Made by a program: the position numbers and the translations under genes. A stretch of DNA of 64,000 bases from Eledone cirrhosa (lineage: Eukaryota), in contig OZ024740.1 of NCBI GenBank assembly GCA_964016885.1, positions 264,740,001-264,804,000 on the forward strand, read 5' to 3'. Below, one piece after another: positions 13,550 to 27,684 of this stretch; position 1 is the stretch's first letter, and every line of letters begins with the position of its first letter. The notes below the pieces were generated by a model. The model searched no databases. It had not been told where the DNA came from and saw only the letters and a program-made list of their open reading frames with translations.

Positions 13550-16500
13550 CTTTCAAATCAGACACAAAGGGGTCAATACAATCCCGGACGACGTGAAGTT
13601 GCCGGAAGGGTAAGGAATTCAAATAATCACTGAAGGTAGAGGCCACACTGTATCGTCTGTGGTGAAGCCACACACCTGTGAATCTTTTGCCCCAGCTGAA
13701 AACTGCAGGGGGCCACTAGCCTCTGTTGCTGCCAACAACGGTGCCTGGACAAACCATCATACAGGTAATAACACCGGCACCAACAACAGCAAGAGTAGAA
13801 ACTGTACCATCAGCAACAGCAGCATCTAAACCACCACCATATACAGAATCAACTCTAGGTGAAAATGAGGAAAACCCTCCCACTCTCTCTCCCTTTCCTA
13901 AAACACACACACACACACACATGCACTGTCACACTCACACAAAAACATTACCATGATTAAAATGTCTCAGCTACAGAGACTTCTTACTCTCGGAGTGAGA
14001 GTCAGAAACCCAAAGAGCCGAATAACTAAAAGGTGAACCAAAACATCCTCCAAGCTATCAACATACACAACAATTCAAAACCAAGAAAACATAAAAACCA
14101 CACAGACAACAAACACAGAGAGATCCACAGCAACATGAACGCCACCAACGCCAACACAATCGCTTCCACAATCACCTAAACATAAACAAGCACTTCGTGT
14201 TGGTGAGAAGAGACAACGAGAAGTTCATGGCCTTCATAGCACAAAGTAAAGAAATTGAGAAGGGCGAAATATTTGGCATGTGCACATTTCGAGCACAAGA
14301 AGATTTGATGATGGTAAGAATGTCGCTGAATATCGTCAATGCCATTAGAGAGAGCTTTCCACGTGATGTGGGAACACCTAGTATTAAAGATACGAGAAGG
14401 TTGTTAAAGGGGTTCCCAAAAACCCACACCAAACATGGTGGTAGAACGACCCTACATCCACAAGCACCAGTATGTAAGTAAACCTTTCTCTCTCGTTCAA
14501 CCAGCCAGCATGGCTATCTTAAGTGTAGGTTGTTTAAATTGTTGTGGCCTGGGGTCACCCTGGAAGCAGGGTGGTTTGCTTGACAAACATCAAGACATTA
14601 GATATGGATGTGACAACCTTGACTGAGACCAGAATTTCCGACACACGCGCACTAGACACTATTTTCGACGTCTATAAGATATTCGCATCGATTAGTCGGC
14701 CAGGAATTGCAGATGGGTTGGCAGTGCTCTTTAGGAAAGGCCTACATCTCAAAGTACGAACGATCTTCCTGGACCCGCACGGTAAGTTGGTGGTCCTGGA
14801 CGTGAGCAATAGTGAAGGTTGTACCTTTAGACAAGTGCCGTCTAAGCCTTGACAAGGATCGGATGGTCGGATTTCTTTAGGCACCTGGAAATCTTTCTGG
14901 GAACGTCTCACACTTTACGGAATTGGCTGGAATTGGCTGGGAATAGCCATAAATGCCTGATCAGCCAGTTCCAGCTATTTTACAGGTAGCGACTGGATTT
15001 CCCTAGTGTGCCAATGTAGATCTGGACAAACCGCATAAGGTCACCGAGATCTTATATAGATATCTTTTTTTTATTTTTAGGTCAGTAGATAAGTATAGTA
15101 TAGGTGGTCCACATTTCCGAAAGGTCACGTATTCAGATCAAAATTTGTGATCTGCATGGTTGATATAGAAAAAACTTATAGGTTAGGACCTAGTTACTGG
15201 AAGCTCAATACGTCATTCCAGCTTGTAAGGCTTACAGGGCCCGATTCACCACTTAGGTTAAGTAGAAGATGACAGGGATTTCGTCAACAACAGGTGGTGG
15301 AGACTTTCAAGAGAGAGATAGAGTAGTGCCAATAGGTTTGACTAAAGAAGTAGCGTCAGAAAAAATATAAAAGCGAGGAGCTGGTAGCGTAATTAGACGA
15401 GGTGATTAGATGTGGCACTGCAAGTAACGTGCTAGTGACGAGTATGGCGTTAGACAATTTCTTCAATGCAAGTTACGAAGATTAGATTGTCAGAGCTAAG
15501 GAGCGTGATCTACGAAACGAGGGAACAAAAGCTTTTCGATGCGCCCGGGTGGCAGAGGTAAAAAAATACATGATTTGTACTTTGATGAACCGAGACGAAC
15601 GTGTACTGAACGTTTCCAAGCAGTTGTGCGTCCTTTCACCAGCACTTTTCTTAACTTTTCAAGGAGAGTAAGGGGTCGGAGATGGTGGGTACTTCAGTTC
15701 CTATCTTAACCTCTTCTCGCAACTGACAGCGGAACGGGAGTATTCCCAGTTTTGTGAGCCGGTAGTGACGCTGATGAGGGAAGACGAGGACATGATAGAG
15801 ACTTTAGATAATTTCTGGCCCATAACCCTGCTCAACACAGAGTTTAAGATTTTGACAAAGGTGTTAGCAAAGAGGTTAGCTTGTCGTCGATGAGTTTGTA
15901 GGGGAGGCGTATTGATTCTCAAGCCTTTATTGCGGAAGCTGGATGTATTGCAAGGCATCCGCTCGATCCGGGACACAGAAGGGCTGTGTCGACATACGCG
16001 GACGACATCACCGTGATGTTGTCGAACACCTCGGAAATTGAGGTTGTCGGCACCCTCTTGGAAGAATATGAAAAGTTAACGGAAGAAAAACTAAACCCGG
16101 AAAAATCGGTGGGCTCTCCGTTTGACACGTGCAGAGGAATGTTCTTGCCGTACAACAACATCGTCGGGCGCTGGATGGACGGACTGGTAAAGTTGCTCGA
16201 TGTTTGGTTCAGACCAGTTCTCCAGATGGATAAGAGTTGGGATGAGGTAACGATTATGGTAGCTACCCTCACCCAGAAATGGGCCGAGAGGAAGCTGTCT
16301 GTGTAAGGTCGGGTGTAGGTGGTGATCGCGTACATCGCGCTCCGTCATCTACTACAACATGACCATCGTGACTTGCCCCCGACTTGGTCTATCTGCTGCC
16401 AGCTCCCTCTACCAAGAGGGCTAGGCATACCGTGGCTAATGATGCGCTGATATGCTCTGAGGCTCCGGCATCTCCAGATATTCTGCCTTAACGGCGAACA

Positions 16501-16738
16501 GGTGTGGTCGAAGTTCGTGGGACGGGCTTTTCCGCAGCTCGTCTCTTTGAATGAGCTGCAGGCCTGGGTCAAGAAGATACAGAGATTTGGCACCTGGCAT
16601 CTGGAATGTTGCCAGACGCCCACTGTCCTCGACAAGGGGAATTTTTTTAGTTTTTGTTTATTTTTTTTTACTCGTTTGTATGTAATCCCCCACTGTCACC
16701 ATCTATGTTTGATGCTCAGGCCAATAATAATGAAATCA
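13550..16738 (+). mobile_element. Decayed Tx1-clade LINE, same family as 19109-24620
   Basis: CIVCGEATHL..CP zinc knuckle, MAILSVGCLN endonuclease start, YADDITV RT motif, 3' UTR homology (CCCCCACTGTC); many stops and deletions. Confidence 0.9.
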
Positions 16739-16752
16739 TGACGACATACGAC

Positions 16753-16801
<49 letters not shown>

Positions 16802-17037
16802 GTCGCTATGCATGCATTTATAACCTCATATACTATATACATGTGGATATGCATGCATACATAGAGAAACACAGATATAATATAAGCTGCACTTACAAAG
16901 TGAAAAACAATACAAAGCGAACGTTGTTTCGTTTGATAGAAATAAAAGATAAGTATGCAGATGGACAGAGACACACACAAATATATATATATATATTACC
17001 AGCTTCAATAATTTTCGGCGGAAGCAGGGGAGTACGT

Positions 17038-17079
17038 GGCTCTGATGAACGCCAACCAGCGTGAAACAGACTGTCAGCT
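17038..17079 (+). ncRNA. Minimal type-I hammerhead ribozyme motif
   Basis: GGCT-CTGATGA-ACGC(caacca)GCGT-GAAA-CAG(a)CTG-TC-AGCT; GUC cleavage after 17075. Confidence 0.75.
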
Positions 17080-17897
17080 TCTCTCCTTTCTTTCGCCGAA
17101 AGGATGTAAGTAACATAGTCACTACTTTAAAACTGTCTTTGTGTGTAATTATCCTCGACGCTCCACATAACGGCGTATTATCTTCGCATTTTCGCGTTCA
17201 TTGCCTGGGAACGTCTTCACGTACCAAAGTATCGTCTTCCTGTTTTCCTTCGATTGCAACGGTTTCGAAATATTTACTTCTGCGTTCACATATTGATTTT
17301 TTTTTAGTTTCAGTAGATCAGATCCCGTTAAGGGTGAAAGCAGCGGTTCTTTGCTTAAACTTTAATCTGTTATTTTAATAAATATTTGCTCTATGGTTTT
17401 TATATGTTTGATATATATTTATCTTCATCGAGCCCTCTTCGGATTTTAGATCCGTTCCATATACAGTACCGATTGTGTTGTTATTTCTTTTTACCTTTTA
17501 CATACACACACACACACGCGCATATATATCTATCTATCTATATATATATATATATTTATAAAAACAAAATTTCGCTCTACATGGCTGAATATAATAAACG
17601 TAACCTGAGTTTTTCGAATATTAATAATAACATTCGATTCGTTTACAATTAAGCAAACACGCCTAAATTTTATAGCCATGTCAGTGGAATGAACACTTCA
17701 TTCTTGCTTTTGTGTTGGCATGCGAACAGAACGGCAGACACTAATGTTTCTGGGTATCACCCTTTATCAGTACAGCTCACTGTTCACCTGCCAAACTGGA
17801 ATAATTGGAATAATACGGCAATTACATTTCTACGGTTTAATTCTTTATTAACATAGTATTTTTTTATTTCAGATTGAACAAACACACACACACATAT

Positions 17898-18004
<107 letters not shown>

Positions 18005-18181
18005 TAATAATAATAATATTTATATTTATATATGAGTTATATACAATTATAAATATGAAAGTGTATATGTATTTATATATATATATGTATGTATGTATAT
18101 GTATATGAATATATATTTATATATATATATATATATATACATGTATATATATATATTGTATATATATTTATATATGTATAA

Positions 18182-18261
<80 letters not shown>

Positions 18262-18657
18262 TTACTAAGATAGCATGCTAAGCCAGGCAGCTGCGCGACA
18301 AGAATGTTGCAGAAGTGACAAACACTTTAACTAGCACCTGTAATGTGTAGATGCAGGAAATAATCCTTCTGTTTAGTGTAAGATTGATTATGGTACAATA
18401 TTCCCTAACATTCAGGAATTGTTCACATCTTTTGTATACTAAATTCTTTAGAACAAAAAACAACAACAAAAGCATAATTATAACAGTATAACAAAAGTTT
18501 GAGAATGATATATTCAGCTATTTTTGTATCACTAAGATTTGTTTTATTCATTGGCTGACTGAAATATGTTTAACTTCATGTCTCGCTGATTGAAATAATC
18601 GTTGCAAATTTAGACACAATTCGAGAAAATGTGAGGGAAGAGGAAAATTAATTATAT

Positions 18658-19108
18658 TGGTCATGAATATTGGGTAATGACCGAAAGAAAACGTTCACGA
18701 ATACAAGCGGTCGAAAGAGGCTTCCTCTTAAGGGCCTTTATGGTAACGTTACTCGATAGAGTGCGTAGCTCAGACATAAGAGAGTCACTCCAATTAGATC
18801 CATCACAACTCCCATAATCTGGCTATGTAGTTAGAATGTCACAGGAAAGAGTCGCAGGAAAGATTTTATGGACAAAACTGTCCGGTAAGTGACCTAGGGG
18901 AGCGCTCCGAGAAAGATGGTTGGTTAACATCTATGAGCTTAACTGGTCTTGCTTGAAGATCCAGTTGGATCAGTTTGAGACGTTTGCTTCTGACTGGAGC
19001 CGCTGGAAGGAATATTTGATAACTCTCACCCAAAGACATACTCGGGAATAAGTGGGCGAAGAAGAAGAAGAAGAAGAAGAAGAAGAAGAAGAAGAAGAAG
19101 AAGAAGAA
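18658..19108 (+). mobile_element. RTE LINE 3' end with (GAA)n tail
   Basis: GHEYWVMTERKRSRIQAVE..LLDRVRSSDIRESL..VVRMSQER..PRG..RW, then a GAA tract at 19058-19108. Confidence 0.8.
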
Positions 19109-19380
19109 TGAATTCATTTATTAGCCACAAGGGCCGACATGTAGGGGACAATACAAAGACAGGGACAGTGGGGGTTTACAATAAGGTCGAGTAAAAGTGC
19201 ACAATGGCAAGACTAATTTAACAATGAAAATATAAAATAAACTATGCATAAATATAACAAAATAAATTCCCCGATAGGGGGTGGACGACCCTGGGGTGAT
19301 TCGGGTACCCCACCAATCCTGAACCACCCTGCGCTTCTAGGGCACCCAGGGAGAGCACCCCTCTACTCAAGTTAGCTAGC

Positions 19381-22300
19381 CTATAGGCGCATGGTCAGAG
19401 TAGGCCCATTCACACGAGCCATTCTCGCCACATTCGCCCACCTTTTAGCAAATGTACTGGGGGGGCAGCACTTCTCTCTCCACCCCACCTTCCTTTCCAG
19501 GTGAAACTTGAAGAAGTTGATGAGGGATTGGCCGAAGAGAAAAGTGTCTGTCTTTAGTCCTTTCAACCTGGTCCACCATATAATCTCTTTCGCAACTGCC
19601 ACCAGACAGAGAAAAATTTCCTGCTCTTCCTGACCTAAGGAAGGCGGTGGATCGATCTTCACTATGGACTCGGCCTATAGCCGGATTCGTTCTACACGCG
19701 ACAGTAGCTGTTCGACATAACTCCACGAGTCAGTAATGCACGGACATTGGACAAGTGCGTGCAGAACGGTTTCGTCGTTCTGTGCGCATCTTGGGCAGGT
19801 CCGTCTGACAGCACTTCCGTGCCTGCAGAGTTTATCCCGAACCGGCAGTGCCCCCCAGTAGCACTGCCAAGCGAGGGATTTCTGGAAATTGTCCATCGTC
19901 CCCGGTTCAAAAGTCCTCCGGTACAGACTGGTCAGTTCGACTTCGTCGAGGCCCAAAGCTTTTCCGAGTGCGTCATCGCACTTTCCCACCACTAATCCTC
20001 TATAGAACTCGAGACTGGAAGTTCCGCTGATCGCATTGCCCGCTTGGTAGAAGGCAGTGAGTGTCTGGCAACATTCCAGGTGCCAGTCACCCAGTCTCGG
20101 TCTCTTCTTGACGCAGGACTGCAGCTCGGTCAAAGAAATGAGCTGCGGAAAGGCCCGTCTGATAAACAGCGACCACACCTGTTCACCATTGAGGCAGAAT
20201 ATCTGGAGATGTCGCAGCCTCAACGCATGTCTGCGCATCATTAGCCACGGCATGCCCAGCCCTCCGCGTAGAGGGTGCTGGCAGCAGATGGACCGCCTCA
20301 CCAACGGAACTTGTCCCCTCCACAATAATTTGAAGAGGAGCCGTTCCAACTTGACGAGGCGCGGACGGGGGCAAGACACGACGGTCAGGCGGTAGTAGAT
20401 GACGGACGCGATGTACGCATTCGCCACCTCCGCTCGACCTTTCAGTGATAGCTTCCTCGCAGCCCATTTTTGGGTGAGACTGGCTACTCTGCTCGTTACC
20501 TCGTCCCAATTCTTTTCCACCTGGAGGTCTGGTCTGAACCAAACCCCGAACAACTTTCCCGGTCCGTCCGTCCAGCGCCCCACGACGCTGTTGGACGGCA
20601 TGGGCTTGCCTCTCCATGTTCCGAGCTGCAAGCCCACCGACTTTTCCGGGTTAAGTTTGGCTCCTGTGAACCTTTCATATTCCTTCAATAAGGTGCCGAC
20701 CACCTCGATTTCTGAGGTGTTCGACACCATAACGGTGATGTCGTCCGCATAAGCCGACACCGCCTTTCCGCGTCCCGGTTCGAGCGGGATGCTCTGCAAC
20801 AGCTCCAGCTTCCACAGTAAAGGCTCGAGAGTCAATACGTACAGAAGGGAAGAGAGAGGGCACCCTTGACGGACCGATCGGGAGAGCCGAAATGGTTCCG
20901 AGAGGTAGCCATTAACCTTGACCACCGAGCGTGTGCCGCTGTGCATTGAAACGATCCAGATTCTAAAGACAGGGCCGAAGCCAGCTGCTTTGAGGACAAA
21001 CTCCAGATACCGATGGTCGGCCCTATCGAATGCTTTCGATTGATCTAAATTGATCAGTGCCCCACCGAAGCCAGGTTTACACCCCACCCTCTCTATGATG
21101 TATCGCATGAGGTGGAGATTGTTGTGTATGGACCTGGCTGGGATTGCGCAATCTTGCGCCTCCCCAGCCAAATCCTCGACGACAAGCGCCAATATCTTTG
21201 CTCACACCTTGGCCAAAATCTTAAACTCTGTGTTGAGCAATGTTATGGGCTTGAAGTTGTCTAATGTATCCCTCTTGTTCTCGTCTTTCCTTATCAGCGT
21301 CACCACGCCCCTGCTCACAGAACTGGGAATACTCCCATTCTGCTGCCAGTTGCAGTAGAGTGCTTCGAGGAGTTCAGAGAACAAGTCTGGCATATTTACG
21401 TAAAGCTCGTATGGCAGGCCATCCAAACCGGGTGACTTGCGCCTCATGCAGCCGACAAGGGCGTCCTGAATTTCGGCTGAAGTAATCGGCCTTTCGCAGC
21501 GCTCAGCGTCGACCGTCGAGATGCGCGGCAAGCCGTCAAGGTAGGGACTGAAATCCGCTACTCTCACTGACTCGCCACTCTCCCTGAACAACCGAGCAAA
21601 GTGCTGGCGAAAGGCCTCATACATCCGCTTTGAATCGATTATCTCGTGTCTGTCTCGGTCCGTCAAAGACCGAATTGTGGTTTTATTACCACGCTGCGCC
21701 TCCGCCACGCGGGCCCATCGAACAGCTTTAGTTCCCTCGTTTCTCAGCGCACGCGCCTTAGCTCTGACAATGTAACCTTCGTGTTTGGCATTGAAGAAAT
21801 GGTCTAATGCCATTCTCGCTGCTAGCACGTCAGTTGCGATGCCACTACAAATAGCCTCGTCTAACTTATCTACCAGCTCCCCCTCCTTCCTATTTTTCTC
21901 TAACGGTAGTTCTTTGCTGAACTCTATCGAAGTTACTCTAATCTCTTTTTTGAGAGCCACCCACCATCTGTTGTTGGTGATCCCCCAGTCAACTTTTGCT
22001 TAAGTAAATTGTTGACTCGGTCCCTGTAAGCCTTACGTGCCGGACATGACATGTTCAGCTTCCAGTAACCCGTCCTAACCTACGCGTTTTATTTAGGTCG
22101 ACCATACAGATCACAAATTTGTGATCTGAATAGGCGACCGTTTTAAAAAGTGGACAGCCCACACTATTTCTATCTATTTTCCTAATGACGATCCTATCTA
22201 TATACGATCTAGATGACCCCATTCGGTTGGTCCATGTCCATACTGGCACATTGGGGAAATCTAGTCGTTACCTCTCAGACAGTTGGAACTGGCTGAGTAG

Positions 22301-22800
22301 GTGTTTGAGTCTTTTGCACCCCCCGCTCCTATCGGCTACTCCCACACAATCCCAGCGTGCGTCTAAGATGCCATTCCAGTCCCCCGCTAACAGTAAAGGG
22401 CGAGACGTACCCAGAAAGGTCTCCAGGCACCTAAAGAAGTCAGGTCGTCCGGCCCCTGTAGGGGCATAGGCGGCCAGCAGTCTAAAAGCACCACCTTCGC
22501 TACTGCTCACATACAAGACCACCAACTTACCGTCCGGGTCCCGGAAGATCGACCTTACCTCATGATCCAGTCCTTTCCTAAACAGCACTGCCACCCCACC
22601 CCCATTCCCGGCCTGCTAACAGATGCGAAGATCTGATAGTCGTCGAAAATGGGGGCTAGTGCGCGCGTGTCGGAAATTCTGGTCTCGCTTACGGCAATCA
22701 CATCCATTTCCAGCGACCGGAGGTCGTTGAGCAGGCGACCCTGCTTCCAGGGTGTCCCCAGGCCGCGAACATTTAAACTTCCTACTCTTAATATGGCCAT
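19381..22800 (-). pseudogene. Tx1 ORF2: AP endonuclease, reverse transcriptase and C-terminal zinc finger, split over six ORFs
   Basis: SLNVRGL, SET, AGDWN, SYIDRI, SDH, KSPGLDGLP, DQSKAFDR, RQGCPLS, YADD, CPRC..ETVLHALVQC. Confidence 0.95.
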
Positions 22801-22809
22801 ATTGGTAAG

Positions 22810-24615
22810 CTAAGAGAGAGAGGGGGAAGGTTTACTTACCTCCCGGGTCCTGTGAAGGTCGGGTGGTTCGACCTCCATGGTTGGTGGGGTTTCTTTTGGG
22901 AACCCCTTTAAAAGTCTTGATGTGGGTTTCACATTCGGTGTTCCCACGTCTTGAGGAAAGCTCTCTCGAATTTCTTTGAAGGAATTGAGTGACATTCGGA
23001 CCAGAAGCAAATCTTCTGGCACGCAAAATGTGCTCATTTCAAAATTCTTCCCCTCTGTTTGAATGTCCTCGCTTCGCGCTAAGAGGGCCATCAGTTTATC
23101 GTTGGCCTTTCTGACAAGCACGAAGTTCTTAACATTTGTTTTCGTTTTGGTGACTGTGGTGGGGATGGTTTTGGTGGTGTTGTTTCGAGTATGTCTATGT
23201 TTGTTGTAGGTGTGGTGTCTGCAATTTCAGGTATTTGTGTATTTATTTGTACTTGTGTTTGTTTAGGTTGTTTGCGTTTCGGGGATTGTGGAGGTGGTGT
23301 CGATGTTGCCCGTTGGGGATGATGTTATTGGGAAGTGTTTGCGTTAGTGGGGTCTGTATTTTTTGTTGTGTATGTTTTTTGTGTTTTGTTGGGGCTTTTT
23401 TTTTTGTGAGTTTTCTCTGTGTTTTTGTACTTTTGGGTTTTTCTTCATCTTCGCTGCTGGAAGACAAAGGGTCTGTGTCTGTGCGTGTCTCTGTGTCTGT
23501 GTGTGCGTTTATTGTTTTGTCTATGTGTATAATTGAGGGGCTAGGGGGAGTGGGAGAGCTTTCCTCGTTTCCTGCTTGGATTGGTTTTGGTGTTGGTGGT
23601 GATCCGGCTGCTTTTGATGTTGGTGTCCGTGTTTTTGTTGGTGTTGTTTTCGGTGGTGATGGTGGTGCAGCTTTCCGTGCTGACACTGGCGTTGGCAACA
23701 AAGGAGGTTTGCGACCCCCTGCATTTTTGTGCTGAGGGCAGAAGGCTTGAAGATGATTGCTTCCCCGCAGACGAAGCAGCGTGGCCTTCTTCCGTCAATA
23801 ATCAGTTGGATTGTTGTCCTGTCCTGCAGGCGGGCAAAATCCGGGATGTTATTCATATCCTCCCGTTTCATTTGGAGAAGAATCTCCAAATCCATTCCGG
23901 ACCACTCCTCTCTCTCTGTCCTTTTGATATCCAGGAGGGTAGTGTCTGTCCCCTCCTCGATTACGCATCCCAGCAGCCACCATATGTTAATTCCTGGTGG
24001 GATGCTGGGAATGCGTACCATTACTGTCCTTTTAACCATGTAGGACGGATGCATGATAATGCGTTCCGTTCTGCAGGGGGTCACCGAGTGCTTAATAGCG
24101 AGAGCCTCGGTTTTGAACAGAACCGAGATGGTACCGAACTGTTTGCCTCTTCCTTTGTACTCTATGTTACTTCCGATGTACTCCAAAGCAGCCTCTACCT
24201 CTGCTTGGCTCGCAAGTTCCACTTTTCGTGTCTGCACCGAAATACATCGAAAGAACACCGTCCTCCTTTGCATGGCCGCTATTGCCTCGTCCGGGATGGT
24301 CAGGTTTGCCCAGGACTTCTCCCGTTTAATTAGCCTCCACGCTTTGGCCAACTGTTCGTCTTCATCGCTAATATCAATATCAATATTCAATAAGCGCTTT
24401 GTTTTTGCTGCTGCTGCAGCAAATGTGGTGCTTCTGATGCTCTTGTTGTTGGTGTTGTCATTCTTGCTGTTGTTATTGGTGTTGCCACTGCCATCCGTGT
24501 TTACATTGAAGCTGTCGGTGTTATTGTCGTTATTGCTCTGAGTTGTTGTTGTTGTGGTGGTGGTGGTGGTAGCGTTGGTGGTGATGTCGTTTTCAGATGA
24601 TACTGCTGCTATCAC
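22810..24615 (-). pseudogene. Tx1 ORF1 (nucleic-acid-binding, CCHC knuckle, P/T/K-rich tail), frameshifted
   Basis: RCFVCGE..NHLQAFCP is restored by a 1-nt frameshift near 23760; ORFs 23521..24615, 23243..23701 and 22810..23121 are colinear. Confidence 0.8.
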
Positions 24616-25544
24616 AATAATATTGGATCGGTGTTTTATTTCATCAATCTTGCAAGGATGTCAGGCAACGTTCAGCCTAGCGAGAGTTGTACTTGGAACT
24701 TAAACACCCAGATCAATAAAGCAGGGCATATTTTTAGCTCTGAAACAAGCAAAATGGTTTCAACCGATTATTTGTAAGTACCATTTTAATATGATGGATT
24801 GAGCAACAGAAAAATAAATATTTCTGCTGGTATTATGTGTGTGATAAAACAAACAGCGCAGGTAGAAGGACCATAAGAAACCTTTTGTTGGTTTGAGAGC
24901 TGATAAAGGTGATTATGTGTGTGTAAACTTGTCTTGTACCGAATTACTTTATTTCCTGTTTCAATCTTTTCTATGCGCCCACATACTTCTCCTTATCCCC
25001 CCTCTTCTTTGAATATTTTCTATATTCATCTGCCTGTCACCTATTTTGTGGAATGTCTCTCTGTTGAACCATGGCCACTGATCTCTGTCCTCTTAGGCAA
25101 TTTTTCCCATCACTGTCTTTGACAGCATTTACCTGTTTTAACGGCTGTTCTAACGATGAGGTTTCTCATTTTTGTATGTATCGAAATACACTCTCACTTC
25201 ATCTCGACCAGAGACAACATTGGTTTTTTTGTATCAATTTATCATAGCTAGGATTAGATTTCTGTTCAGGAGAGACATCATAGCTTGAGGTCCACTATCG
25301 CATTATTTTCTTTTCTTTGATTTTTTGGTCCTTCTATCTGTGTCTATTTTATCACACTCACAGCATACCATCAAGAAGATGTATTATTCTGTTGCTCGTT
25401 CCAGCATTTCAAAATGTTTCTCTCAATGAAATTGTGTTAAACCATTTTGCTGGTTTGAAAACTGATGAGGCTGGTGTGTGTGTGCGTAAACTTGTCTTGT
25501 ACAGAGACAACATTGTTTTTTCATATATATATATGTGTGTATGT

Positions 25545-25612
<68 letters not shown>

Positions 25613-25631
25613 GTTCTGTGTCTTACTGGTT

Positions 25632-25825
25632 TAGAGATTTGGATTCACAATCGTAAGGTTGCGTGTTTGGAGCGGGCAATTCGTTGTGCCCCTGAGCAAG
25701 GAAGATTATTTCACATTGCTCCAGTTCACTCAGCTGTAGAAATGAGTTGCGACGTCATTGATTTCAAGGTTTATCGGCCTTAGACATTCTCTTGGATAAC
25801 ATCTTTGGCGTAGAGAGGGGAGGTT
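25632..25825 (+). mobile_element. SINE family B (CORE-like); relatives at about 39255-39350 (-) and 61745-61830 (-)
   Basis: TTGTGCCCCTGAGCAAGG..TTTCACATTGCTCCAGTTCACTCAGCTG motif repeated in the window. Confidence 0.7.
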
Positions 25826-25834
25826 TTCTTTCTT

Positions 25835-27320
25835 TTGTCCAATCTTTCCACCTTGCGCTCAAATTCACCGCCTCTGTCTCCGAATCTTCTGTCGCTTTTC
25901 TAGATATCTCTCTATCTATTAATCACTCTCACCACACTCTCTCTACTTCTATCTAAATTAAACCAACATACTCGCAATCAAATCTCGACTTCACCTCCTC
26001 CCATTCAACCCACACCAAACACTCCATACCCTATTCCCAATTCCTCCGTCTTTGTCGACTCTGTACTCAGGACGACGATTTCGAAACCATTCCCTTCGCA
26101 TGGCTTCCTCCTTCATCCAGCGTGGATATCCCCCCCACCTTGATCCAAGCTGCTCTCACTCGCGCCCGTGAAACAGACCGCCCCACAGCCCTCTCACCAC
26201 ACCCCCGCCATCCCAACACCCGTCTTCTTTTCCCTCTCATCTACCACCCCATCACTCTACCACTCCGGCGACATATCCTCCGTTCCTTCCGTATCCTCTC
26301 TTCTGACCCCGTCACTTCTCGCTTTTTTCCAAACCCACCTTTAGTGCTTTTAAGCGCGCCCGAAACCTCTGCGACCTCCTGGTTCGCAGTTCTTTTTCGT
26401 CCTCTCCTACGACTACACCCTGCTCTCATCCTTGTTCCCGTTCTCGCTGCAACACTTGTCCCTTTATTTCCAACCTCACTATTCTTACATGCCCTAACGG
26501 GTCTTCCGCATCCGCCATTCCTTCACCTGCACATCCACCCACGTTGTCTATGCCCTCCGGTGTTCCCTTTGCGGGTCTTTATATATCGGACAAACGGGAC
26601 GCCGTATGGCCCACCGTTTTGCCGAACATTTTAGGGACATCTGACTCGGTTTGGATACTCCTGTCACCACCCGTCATTTCTTTCCTCCTGGTCATTTTCC
26701 ATGTTTCAGTCCTGGGTTTTATTTTACGTAATGGATCACAGGCCTCGCGCAACAGGACTGAACGAAGTCTGATTCACCGTCTTAGGTCCTGTTTCCGTCT
26801 TGGACTCAACTCACCTCCCCAATTTCTCTAATACTCCGTCCATTATCACACCTCTAGATTCCTATCGCTTTCTCTTTGCTCATAGCTTCGTACCTACATG
26901 CACATACACTCTTTTATTCACATATACACACACATTTCTTCTTAGCGTCGTACGGACCTATAATAACCCCCCCCCCCCCCAACACACACACACAAACTCA
27001 TGCTTACGCACGTGCTCAAGTATAGCTTTTTACAAAACATTTTTTTTTCCATTTCAGGTAGACGCGCGCCATGATCTACTTTTCTAAAAAAACAAATCAT
27101 ACACAAAACGCCAGCCCCAACAGTTTTATATAAGATGTCAACATGAATGGACCTATTATTTTCATCTACCATTAATCTATTTTATTTCTCATTTTTTCTT
27201 CTGATGAAGGACTAGCGTCCGAAACGTTAAGACCCTCTTCCTGCTATAACAAGCGTTAACCTAATATATACCTTCCATATAATGTACCGATTGTGTTGTT
27301 ATTTCTGTTTACCTTTTACA
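25835..27320 (+). mobile_element. Penelope-like element 3' part: RT thumb, GIY-YIG endonuclease and 3' repeat with hammerhead
   Basis: FLDI..KPT..SSH..HTKHSIPYSQFLRL; FTCTSTHVVYALRCSLCGSLYIGQTGR..RFAEH..GLN. Confidence 0.88.
27197..27232 (+). ncRNA. Minimal type-I hammerhead ribozyme in PLE 3' repeat
   Basis: TCTT-CTGATGA-A-GGAC(tagc)GTCC-GAAA-CG-TT-AAGA; palindromic helix III, GUU site. Confidence 0.75.
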
Positions 27321-27362
27321 TATATATATATAGTTATGTAATAAACAACATAAGATAATTAT

Positions 27363-27421
27363 TTCATTTACCTGTGGTTTTGAAAGCAGATATTATATCT
27401 GTTTTCAGTCGTCAGAATGAA
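27363..27421 (-). ncRNA. Hammerhead motif, degenerate (G12 lost); mirror of 31977-32037
   Basis: TTCATT-CTGACGA-long helix II-AAAC..GGTA-AATGAA. Confidence 0.55.
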
Positions 27422-27684
27422 TGAAATGCAAGGCGCTTTTATTAAATATGGATTTGAAAACAAAATTTAAGAAATATGAAGGTGAGGCTGAGAAAAAACC
27501 GGGCGAAAAAGAAGAGGGGAAAAAATATATATATATAAACAATAAATATCCAGAACGTAAACATACACACACTAAACTACGCGCATATACTTAAAAAGTA
27601 CGAAGACGTATACTTTTTCACATAAGCGTATTAGCGTCTACAGACAGGGACATAAATACATACACATACATATACAAAAAGTAA

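Larger units (their letters stand above)
19109..24620 (-). mobile_element. Near full-length Tx1-clade (L1 group) LINE, frameshifted
   Basis: ORF1 with CCHC knuckle; ORF2 APE-RT-CCHC; AATAAA at 19117-19122, then (TTC)n. Confidence 0.95.

Noticed and set aside
17310-17350. AGATCCCGTTAAGGGTGAAAGC (also at 50785-50810) as a hammerhead
   Set aside because: The CUGANGA box and the cleavage triplet are not intact in either copy.
24880-25520. Duplicated CTGATGAGG/CTGATAAAGG segments resembling hammerhead halves
   Set aside because: No consistent GAAA, helix III or helix I could be built; probably a decayed PLE repeat.
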